Source: Bacteroidota bacterium (GTDB taxonomy: Bacteria > Bacteroidota > Bacteroidia > UBA10329). From it: a stretch of 55,660 bases of DNA. The DNA lies in contig JBJOHR010000178.1 of assembly GCA_046047575.1 (NCBI GenBank), forward strand, positions 1 through 55,660. Direction: 5' to 3'. Position numbers and translations under genes: made by a program. Below are positions 9,089 through 16,631 of the stretch, one piece after another. How positions within the stretch are numbered: position 1 is the stretch's first letter; the number at the start of each line of letters is the position of its first letter. The notes beneath the pieces were generated by a model, which was not told the DNA's origin, did not search any database, and worked only from the letters and a program-made list of their open reading frames with translations.

Positions 9089-9940
9089 ATGAAACAGTAC
9101 ATCATTTTAGCGCTCTCGGCAGTGCTATTCACATCTTGTGTGTCAACTAAAAAACATACCGCCCTAAGCGATGAGTATGTGGGCCTGAAGAATATTCACG
9201 AAAAGAATCTTTCAGACTTGTCGCGAGCTCAGCGAGAACTGATCTCACTTAAAAAACAAGCCGAACGGGACAGTTTGGAATTGGCTCGGCTCCGTGCTCA
9301 GAACGACCGGTTGATCGGAAACATGGGAGAAATGGCCACTCTGTCAAAGAAAGAAGCCGAAAACTTGGAGAAATCGTTGGAGAAGATCAACGAAAAGGAC
9401 AAGCAGATCCGCTCGTTGCAAGACGCCATCGACCGCAAAGATTCGGTGACCTTTGCGTTGGTTACCAGTATCAAAGGCGCTATTGGCGATCTAAGCGATG
9501 AAGACATTCAGATCAAGGTTGATAAAGGCGCAGTGTTCGTGTCCATTTCCGACAAATTCCTTTTCAAGAGTGGAAGTTATCGATTGAACAGCGGAGCAAT
9601 GGATGTATTGGCCAAGGTTGCCAAGATATTGGAGGCAAAGGCTGATTTTGAGGTAATGATAGAAGGACACACCGACAACGTTTCTTACCGCAAAGGCGAT
9701 CTGGAGGACAATTGGGACCTGAGCACCAAACGCGCCACATCCATCGTTCGAGTGTTACAGAACGATTTCAATATCGACCCAGCCAGAATGACTGCTGCCG
9801 GTCGTGCAGAATATGTTCCAATAACAGACAACGACACTGCAGAAGGCCGAGCCGCAAACCGCAGAACACGCATCATCATCCTTCCTAAATTGGATCAGTT
9901 CTACGGTATGATCGAAGAAGGTTTGAAAGGCGCAGAGTAA
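9089..9940 (+). CDS. OmpA/MotB-family lipoprotein with an N-terminal coiled coil
   Basis: Lipobox LFTSCVS. Coiled-coil region (LSRAQRELISLKKQAERDSLELARLRAQNDRL). OmpA_C-like motifs: EGHTDNV, NWDLSTKRATSIVRVL, GRAANRRTRIIILP. Confidence 0.85.
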   Translation: MKQYIILALSAVLFTSCVSTKKHTALSDEYVGLKNIHEKNLSDLSRAQRELISLKKQAERDSLELARLRAQNDRLIGNMGEMATLSKKEAENLEKSLEKINEKDKQIRSLQDAIDRKDSVTFALVTSIKGAIGDLSDEDIQIKVDKGAVFVSISDKFLFKSGSYRLNSGAMDVLAKVAKILEAKADFEVMIEGHTDNVSYRKGDLEDNWDLSTKRATSIVRVLQNDFNIDPARMTAAGRAEYVPITDNDTAEGRAANRRTRIIILPKLDQFYGMIEEGLKGAE

Positions 9941-9965
9941 CAGAATCCGACATGATAATTGAACA

Positions 9966-9994
9966 AAGGGCGGAGTTGCACTCCGCCCTTTTTA
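9966..9994 (+). terminator. Rho-independent terminator after the OmpA-like gene
   Basis: Perfect 10-bp stem AAGGGCGGAG / CTCCGCCCTT with loop TTGCA, followed by a T run. Confidence 0.8.
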
Positions 9995-10061
9995 TGTTAA
10001 AAAACCAAAGAACAAATTACTCGGTCTCGGGTTACGATTCAATGCAGACCTTAGCGGCTTG

Positions 10062-11237
10062 ATGACCAAGCAACTCACCTATTTACTGGCCTTTATCAAG
10101 TTTACCCACATCATGGACTTTATGATCATGATGCCATTGGGCCCGCAATTGGAACGCATCTGGCACATTACGCCTCAGCAATTCGGTTTACTGGTGGCCG
10201 CTTACACATTCAGCGCTGGGGTTATTGGCTTGCTTGGATCATTCTTTATGGATCGCTTTGACAGAAAGCATTCCTTGCTGGTGCTTTACCTTGGTTTTCT
10301 GGCAGGAACCTTTGCCTGCGCGTTTTCTGACTCATATGAAATGCTGTTGCTGGCACGGTGCGCGACAGGTTCTTTCGGTGGCCTTTTGGGCGCAACTGTT
10401 CTATCAATTGTAGGTGATCTGACGCCCTTGGAGAAACGGTCTGAAACAATGGGGACCATCATGGCAGCGTTCTCCGCAGCGTCCGTTTTTGGAGTTCCGT
10501 TCGGTCTGTTTCTGGCCGATCGGTTCGGTTGGCAATCGCCCTTCCTTTTCCTTGGACTGATCGGCATACCCATTTTAGCACTTAATATGAAGTTGGTGCC
10601 CAACGTACGTGGACATTTGGTACATGAAACAGAAAAACCGTTGACCTTGCTTATGGGCATGTTCTCCGACAGAAATCAGGTTACAGCACACATTTTCATC
10701 GTGCTGCTCATGTTGGGTCAGTTCAGTGTGATCACCTTTATAGCGCCCTATATGGTTTCTAATGTGGGTTTTACCGAAGGACAGTTGTCATACATCTATC
10801 TGGTCGGTGGTTTCTTTACGCTTTTCTCGGCCCCCGTTTTTGGGCGTTGGGCAGATAAGTTCGGCCAGCTGCGGTTCTTTACCGCTGTTACCCTCTTTTC
10901 ATTGATCCCGCTTTGGGTCATCACCAATCTACCGCCCATGAACATCTACATTGTGCTGGCCATTACGAGTGTGATGTTCATTCTCATATCTGGACGTATC
11001 ATTCCGGCCATGACCATGATTACTGCTTCGGTCAAACCCGCGCGAAGAGGTGGTTTCATGAGTGTGAATTCTTCCATCCAGCAATTGGGGGCTGGAATAG
11101 CCAGTTACGTGGCCGGATTGATCATGATCAAAACCGCCTCTGGAGAATATCAGGACTATGAATTGGTTGGTTACATGGCCATTGCAAGTTCACTCATCGC
11201 CATTCTGATCGCAAGGAAAATGCGAGCAATTTCATAA
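10062..11237 (+). CDS. MFS transporter
   Basis: ORF 10059..11237 (TTG then ATG 10062). About 12 hydrophobic helices. The MFS loop motif is MDRFDRKHSL. Length 391 aa. Confidence 0.8.
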   Translation: MTKQLTYLLAFIKFTHIMDFMIMMPLGPQLERIWHITPQQFGLLVAAYTFSAGVIGLLGSFFMDRFDRKHSLLVLYLGFLAGTFACAFSDSYEMLLLARCATGSFGGLLGATVLSIVGDLTPLEKRSETMGTIMAAFSAASVFGVPFGLFLADRFGWQSPFLFLGLIGIPILALNMKLVPNVRGHLVHETEKPLTLLMGMFSDRNQVTAHIFIVLLMLGQFSVITFIAPYMVSNVGFTEGQLSYIYLVGGFFTLFSAPVFGRWADKFGQLRFFTAVTLFSLIPLWVITNLPPMNIYIVLAITSVMFILISGRIIPAMTMITASVKPARRGGFMSVNSSIQQLGAGIASYVAGLIMIKTASGEYQDYELVGYMAIASSLIAILIARKMRAIS

Positions 11238-11239
11238 GG

Positions 11240-12475
11240 TCATTCAATCAGCAACTGCGTAACGAAGCGGTCTGTTTCCTCAACAAATTCGTGATAGTAT
11301 TCTCCTGTTCCCGGGCCAGCAAATCCTGTGTGTACCCGCCTGACCTTTCCCTCTCGGTCGATGAAAATGGTTGTGGGGAATGATAGTACATGGTTCAACA
11401 TCGGGAGTTTTTCTGCTGCTTCCTTCTTACTTGCCATTCCTGCAATAAGAATTTCGTACGGTACACCAAAGTGCTCTTTTAATCGCAGTACTGAACTCCG
11501 GTTCGTTTCCTCATTGTTGCTCTTTTCAAAAGCCAATGATATCACCTCCAGGCCTTGCTGATGGAATTTATTGTGCAACGATACCAGATAGGCCGTCTCA
11601 TCCTTGCAATTAGGGCACCATGTGCCCATTAACTGAATGATGACCACCTTTCCGGCGTATTGATCGTCTCCCAATGAGACGGGATTTCCTTCCAAATTAT
11701 CTAAACGGAAGTCCAATTTTTCGTAGCCGGGCTTCAGAAATGTCAGAGAAGTTGGATCCGGCAATTCAAATTGCTCATCCCGTTTCCCTGCCCAATTCTC
11801 TCGCCAATGGGTGCCTGACCAAAAATCACCTTCAATTTGATCCCCTGTAATTCTTGCCTTGAACAAGAATGCATGCGATCCATCGAAACACGATAAGAAA
11901 AGACTATCACCGGATACATTCCCCTGTAGAAATCGGTAATCGCCTGTGGTGGTCAGAAATGTTCCAACCGCCTTGTCGCCTTGCTGTTCGAACAATCCAA
12001 TAGCAAGGTATTCATTATCGCTTCCTGGGCTGAATTCCACCCGCCACTTACCCGAAACGTCCACTTTTGGCGTTTCTCGAATATGGAATCTGCTCGAATC
12101 GTCTCCTTTTGCAACGAACGGAATGTGGTAATCGGCATTACGTGAATAGTCCCAAAAGCTGCCAACGATGCCAATCTCAGTCACTTTGCCGATGAGGGCC
12201 GTGTTGAATACAGGCAGCCTTACAAAGAGGCTGTCCCCTCGCAATTCAAACTGGTCTGCCCTTATTCTTTCTTCGCCATTATAGGCAAAGAATTGGAGCT
12301 TTCCGTCTGATTCGATTATCTCTGCATTGAACGGTAATTTCTCGGCACCTAGGTCGAGCTCTACCAACCATTTACCAACTACCCGTTCCGAAGTTTTCTG
12401 CTGCGCGCAAGCAACAAACAAACAGGAAAGCAGAAGCCATGCACGTGCGTCAACTTTCAATGAATTCGCTCTCAA
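11240..12475 (-). CDS. TlpA-family thiol:disulfide oxidoreductase: thioredoxin fold with a duplicated N-terminal beta-rich domain
   Basis: WCPNC active site inside VVIIQLMGTWCPNCKDE. C-terminal thioredoxin-like sequence (FPTTIFIDREGKVRRVHTG). Signal or lipobox LLLSCLFVACAQQ. The start is TTG (12475, or TTG 12460), and there is no ATG near the N-terminus. Confidence 0.8.
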   Translation of the reverse strand: MRANSLKVDARAWLLLSCLFVACAQQKTSERVVGKWLVELDLGAEKLPFNAEIIESDGKLQFFAYNGEERIRADQFELRGDSLFVRLPVFNTALIGKVTEIGIVGSFWDYSRNADYHIPFVAKGDDSSRFHIRETPKVDVSGKWRVEFSPGSDNEYLAIGLFEQQGDKAVGTFLTTTGDYRFLQGNVSGDSLFLSCFDGSHAFLFKARITGDQIEGDFWSGTHWRENWAGKRDEQFELPDPTSLTFLKPGYEKLDFRLDNLEGNPVSLGDDQYAGKVVIIQLMGTWCPNCKDETAYLVSLHNKFHQQGLEVISLAFEKSNNEETNRSSVLRLKEHFGVPYEILIAGMASKKEAAEKLPMLNHVLSFPTTIFIDREGKVRRVHTGFAGPGTGEYYHEFVEETDRFVTQLLIE

Positions 12476-13004
12476 TGGAGTACTCTGAATCGAATAGAAG
12501 GCTTACAGATAGTTTTCCCTTCATCATATACCCTTCGCCAGTGGTAAAGTAGAGGCTTTGATCGGAACTGTATAGGAAGTTATCTGTTCTTCTGTCAACG
12601 GTTAGTTTCAGACATTGGCGCGTGCCTTTGTCTATCGTAACAACCACGTTCTTAACTGGAATCTGGGCGTTGGCCGTTTTGTACGTTATAACATATTCCC
12701 GTTCAAGGTTAATCGTGTCTACCTTGAATTCTCCACGCCATGCGGGTCTGTTTATATCCGATTCAATAAAAAGGTCCAATTCCTCCTCCCAATCTATATC
12801 GCCCCGTTCAATAATGTGACTGTTACCGTCTTTTGTAACGTGTTTGCGTACGCGTTGGCCTTTACTGCGCAGGTTGTCAACCTGTTTATTCATAAACGAT
12901 GGAAGGTCATAGTAGAACCGCTGGTCCTCATAATAAACCTCAGCGGGGTCTTTTTTGCAGGAACAGATCAGGCATATTAGCGGTATGTATACAAGGCGAT
13001 TCAA
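12450..13004 (-). CDS. Hypothetical lipoprotein
   Basis: Lipobox in NRLVYIPLICLICSCKKD. The only available start is TTG at 13004, 8 nt after the ALDH stop. It overlaps the TlpA ORF by 11-26 nt. Confidence 0.55.
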   Translation of the reverse strand: MNRLVYIPLICLICSCKKDPAEVYYEDQRFYYDLPSFMNKQVDNLRSKGQRVRKHVTKDGNSHIIERGDIDWEEELDLFIESDINRPAWRGEFKVDTINLEREYVITYKTANAQIPVKNVVVTIDKGTRQCLKLTVDRRTDNFLYSSDQSLYFTTGEGYMMKGKLSVSLLFDSEYSIESEFIES

Positions 13005-13011
13005 ACCGTTT

Positions 13012-14571
13012 TCAGATGTCGAATTTTATCCCTTGTGCCAAAGGCAATTCGGTACTGTAATTAATAGTGTTTGTCTGTCTTCTCATGTAAACTTTCCATG
13101 CATCAGAGCCTGATTCTCTTCCTCCTCCGGTTTCCTTTTCGCCCCCGAAGGCGCCTCCAATCTCAGCTCCCGATGTTCCAATGTTGACATTTGCTATTCC
13201 ACAATCGGAACCAGCATAAGATAGAAACAACTCTGCCTGTCTTAGGTTTGTTGTCATGATAGCTGAAGAAAGTCCCTGGTCCACACCATTCTGAATGGCG
13301 ATGGCCTCTTCCATGGTGCTGTACTTAAGCAGATAAAGAATCGGTGCAAAGGTTTCCTGCTGAACGATCTTGAAATGGTTCTGAGCCTCAGCAATAGCCG
13401 GTTTCACGTAACAACCGCTTTCGTAGCCTTCGCCTTCCAGAATGCCACCTTCAACCAACAAACTCCCGCCTTCTGCCTGAACCTGTTCCAGCGCATTCAA
13501 ATAAGCCGCAACGGCCTGTTTGTCAATTAGCGGCCCCACATGGTTTTTCTCATCTAACGGATTACCTATACGCAACTGGCCATATGCTTTTTTGAGGTTG
13601 TTCTTAACCTCGTCATAGACACTTTCGTGGATGATGAGTCTGCGTGTACTCGTACAACGCTGCCCGCAGGTTCCGACCGCCCCGAACAAGGCCCCGATGA
13701 TTGAAATATTCAGGTCTGCATTCTCGGTGATGATAACGGCATTGTTTCCTCCAAGTTCGAGCAAGGTCTTACCCAATCTGGAACCAACGGCAGCCGCAAC
13801 CTTTCTTCCCATTCTGATTGAGCCCGTTGCCGAAACCAGCGGAATTCGCTTATCTGCCGTCATCATCTCACCAACCGTATAATCGCCCTGTATTATGCAA
13901 CTGACGCCTTCCGGAACACCGTTCCGTTCAAAAACCCCTTTTACGATATTCTGACACGCTACGCCAGAAATAGGTGCTTTCTCCGAAGGTTTCCAAACAC
14001 AGACATCACCACAGATCCAAGCCAGCATGGTGTTCCAACTCCAGACCGCAACCGGGAAATTGAAAGCGGAAATGATTCCCACTATTCCTAACGGGTGGTA
14101 CTGTTCATACATCCTGTGCCGCGGTCTTTCTGAATGCATGGTAAGCCCATACAATTGCCGCGATAATCCTACGGCAAAATCACAGATATCGATCATTTCC
14201 TGCACTTCTCCTAAGCCCTCTTGTAGGCTTTTTCCCATCTCGTAGGAAACAAGTTTGCCTAACGGCTCTTTCTTGTGCCGAAGCGCCTCCCCGATCTGCC
14301 TGACTATTTCTCCGCGCTTGGGCGCTGGCCATTTGCGCCATTCCAAAAAACCTTCCTGAGCTGTAATGACCACCTTTTCATAGTCCGCTTGGTTGCAAGA
14401 GCCAACTTTGGCGATCAACTTTCCGTCAACAGGCGAATAGGATCCAAACGATGTCCCACCGCCTTGCGCTTGCCTGTTACCCGTTGAGTAGCCAGGATTC
14501 ATATCGTTGATATCCAGTGCTTTTAGCACCTCAATGATCTCACTTTTCGACTGGGCAACCGCCTCTTGCAT
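13012..14571 (-). CDS. Aldehyde dehydrogenase, ALDH7-like (probable aminoadipate-semialdehyde / piperideine-6-carboxylate dehydrogenase)
   Basis: ORF 13012..14631. ATG 14571 (MQEAVAQSK) is preferred because a -7 box and a hairpin lie inside the longer version. Catalytic motifs are ELGGNNA (Glu) and GQRCTSTRR (Cys). The Rossmann motif is FNFPVAVWSWN. Length 519 aa. The family call is firm. The substrate call is inference. Confidence 0.85.
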   Translation of the reverse strand: MQEAVAQSKSEIIEVLKALDINDMNPGYSTGNRQAQGGGTSFGSYSPVDGKLIAKVGSCNQADYEKVVITAQEGFLEWRKWPAPKRGEIVRQIGEALRHKKEPLGKLVSYEMGKSLQEGLGEVQEMIDICDFAVGLSRQLYGLTMHSERPRHRMYEQYHPLGIVGIISAFNFPVAVWSWNTMLAWICGDVCVWKPSEKAPISGVACQNIVKGVFERNGVPEGVSCIIQGDYTVGEMMTADKRIPLVSATGSIRMGRKVAAAVGSRLGKTLLELGGNNAVIITENADLNISIIGALFGAVGTCGQRCTSTRRLIIHESVYDEVKNNLKKAYGQLRIGNPLDEKNHVGPLIDKQAVAAYLNALEQVQAEGGSLLVEGGILEGEGYESGCYVKPAIAEAQNHFKIVQQETFAPILYLLKYSTMEEAIAIQNGVDQGLSSAIMTTNLRQAELFLSYAGSDCGIANVNIGTSGAEIGGAFGGEKETGGGRESGSDAWKVYMRRQTNTINYSTELPLAQGIKFDI

Positions 14572-14594
14572 GCTTAAATGTATTTGTGTCTGGG

Positions 14595-14602
14595 CAAAGG
14601 TA
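14595..14602 (-). promoter_or_regulatory. Bacteroidota -7 promoter box (TACCTTTG on the minus strand)
   Basis: Exact TAnnTTTG match 23 nt upstream of ATG 14571. Confidence 0.45.
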
Positions 14603-14628
14603 GCAATAATGCTTCCTACAGAGGTTGG

Positions 14629-14676
14629 CAAACAAATACCCCCACCGAATCAGCCGAAGCGTCAAACGATGGGGGT
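14629..14676 (-). terminator. Possible intrinsic terminator after the PAS gene
   Basis: On the minus strand, ACCCCCA (14676-14670) pairs with TGGGGGT (14644-14638) around a 25-nt loop. The T-rich sequence ATTTGTTTG follows. The long loop makes this tentative. Confidence 0.3.
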
Positions 14677-14765
14677 GAAACCAGGAATTGGAACTGTATG
14701 TCAAAGTTACAACATCAACTCAAATACGCAACACCAACAGCGAATTATTTTCGACAAATCGTGAT

Positions 14766-15167
14766 TTAACGCCTTTCAAAGGTTAAGACAAGTAGGAAAT
14801 CCAACCCGCTATGATCACGAATCTGTCTACTCATCGAGCACACCTGTTTGAACCCACCATCGGCCTTGCGTAATCTGTATTCCACCTTATCTATTTCGGG
14901 TCTGATGGTAACTCTTGCGTGTGACTTCAATATGGTTTGAAAATCTTCTGGATGAAAAAAATCGTAAGCCGAATTGCCTTTGAGCTCCTTCGGTTTTCTA
15001 CCGAAGAGCGTTTCTGAGGTGGCGGATACCGCTGCGTATTCTCCCTGCGGATTGTGAATAGATATCATTACGTTGGGAGCGCCACAGCGATTCACCAATT
15101 CCTGCGCCTCTTCCATAGACACGCACTGAAAAAAACGAGTCTCCAATTCTTTAATATCCGTTATCAT
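14766..15167 (-). CDS. Stand-alone PAS domain protein
   Basis: ORF 14766..15191 begins with TTG, and the first ATG is at 15167 (MITDIKELE). PAS-like core: ISIHNPQGEYAAVSATSETLFGRKPKELKGNSAYDFFHPEDF..YRLRKADGGFKQV. Confidence 0.65.
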   Translation of the reverse strand: MITDIKELETRFFQCVSMEEAQELVNRCGAPNVMISIHNPQGEYAAVSATSETLFGRKPKELKGNSAYDFFHPEDFQTILKSHARVTIRPEIDKVEYRLRKADGGFKQVCSMSRQIRDHSGLDFLLVLTFERR

Positions 15168-15296
15168 CTTATCAATCAGTTGATTGCCCAATACTCCACA
15201 GATCCGTGTTGAAAAAAACCAACACCAAACGAAGATACACTAGATAGAGGCATATTCAAAACAGTAACTTTCCAAGCATACATAATCCATTATTGC

Positions 15297-16631
15297 ATGG
15301 CAAAAAAGAAAGAGGAGCGGAAGATATTCGTATTGGATACTTCGGTTATCATTTACGACCATAACGCTATCAACGAGTTTGACGAACATGACGTAGCCAT
15401 TCCAATTACGGTTCTCGAGGAACTGGACAACTTTAAAAAGGGTAACGACACCAAAAATTTCGCTGCTCGCCAGTTCATTCGACTATTGGATGAAATGGCC
15501 GGTACCAAAACTCTTCAGCAATGGATTCCCCTGGGTGGTGCCAAAAAGGGCTCATTCAAAGTGGTGATGAACGAGAAGGGTGAAGTAGACGCCAATAAGG
15601 TTTTCGGTGAGAGCAAGGCCGATCATAAGATACTCAACGCTGCGTTGTGCCTTCAAGCAGAATTCAGCGAAAGGAAAGTTGTGCTCGTAAGCAAAGACAT
15701 CAATCTTCGACTGAAAGCCAAATCGCTGAATGTGAATTCAGAGGATTATGAGACGGGAAAGATCAAGGACATGAATTCCCTGTACAAGGGAGAAAGTACA
15801 GTAGATGGCATTGATTCTGCGGTAATAAACGACCTGTATGATGACGGAACATGCGAGCCTGCCAGAGTTGGGCTTAAGGATGCCCCCAACAATCACTACT
15901 ACATTCTGAAGAACGGTAAGAAATCTGCATTGGTTCACAACAATCCAGAGACAGGGCTCCTTCACCGTATAGAGAAAGTGAGTGCTTATGGTATCCGTCC
16001 ATTGAATGCAGAACAGGTTTTTGCACTACATGCCATATTAGACCCTAATGTGAAATTGGTGACGCTACAAGGTGTGGCAGGAACAGGAAAGACCTTATTG
16101 GCCTTGGCGGGCGCCTTGGAACAGAAGCGTGACTTCCGCCAGATCTATCTGGCACGACCCATAGTGCCTCTCAGTAACAAGGACATCGGATACCTTCCGG
16201 GAGACATCAAAAGCAAGATCAATCCATACATGGAGCCCCTTTGGGATAATCTGAAATTCATTCAGAGTCAGTTTCCGGAAAAGGGCAAAGAGGCCAAGCA
16301 GATACAACAGATGGTAGAGCAGGAAAAACTCCTTATCACTCCGCTCGCGTACATACGTGGTAGGAGTTTGTCCAACATATTTTTCATAATTGACGAGGCC
16401 CAGAATCTAACCCCTCATGAGGTAAAGACCATCATTACACGTGCAGGTGAGAATACCAAGATAATCTTTACAGGTGACGTGTTCCAGATCGATACTCCCT
16501 ATCTGGATACGCAGAGTAATGGTCTTTCGTATTTGATCGATAAGGTGAAAGGAAATGCTCTTTGCGCGCACGTAACACTAGAAAAAGGCGAACGTTCTGA
16601 ACTGGCAAACTTGGCCAACGACCTCTTATAA
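15297..16631 (+). CDS. PhoH-family ATPase with an N-terminal PIN domain (YlaK-like)
   Basis: PIN-like N-terminus: IFVLDTSVIIYD..VLEELD. Walker A: GVAGTGKTLLALA. Walker B: FIIDEAQNLT. Also GDVFQID. Confidence 0.85.
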   Translation: MAKKKEERKIFVLDTSVIIYDHNAINEFDEHDVAIPITVLEELDNFKKGNDTKNFAARQFIRLLDEMAGTKTLQQWIPLGGAKKGSFKVVMNEKGEVDANKVFGESKADHKILNAALCLQAEFSERKVVLVSKDINLRLKAKSLNVNSEDYETGKIKDMNSLYKGESTVDGIDSAVINDLYDDGTCEPARVGLKDAPNNHYYILKNGKKSALVHNNPETGLLHRIEKVSAYGIRPLNAEQVFALHAILDPNVKLVTLQGVAGTGKTLLALAGALEQKRDFRQIYLARPIVPLSNKDIGYLPGDIKSKINPYMEPLWDNLKFIQSQFPEKGKEAKQIQQMVEQEKLLITPLAYIRGRSLSNIFFIIDEAQNLTPHEVKTIITRAGENTKIIFTGDVFQIDTPYLDTQSNGLSYLIDKVKGNALCAHVTLEKGERSELANLANDLL

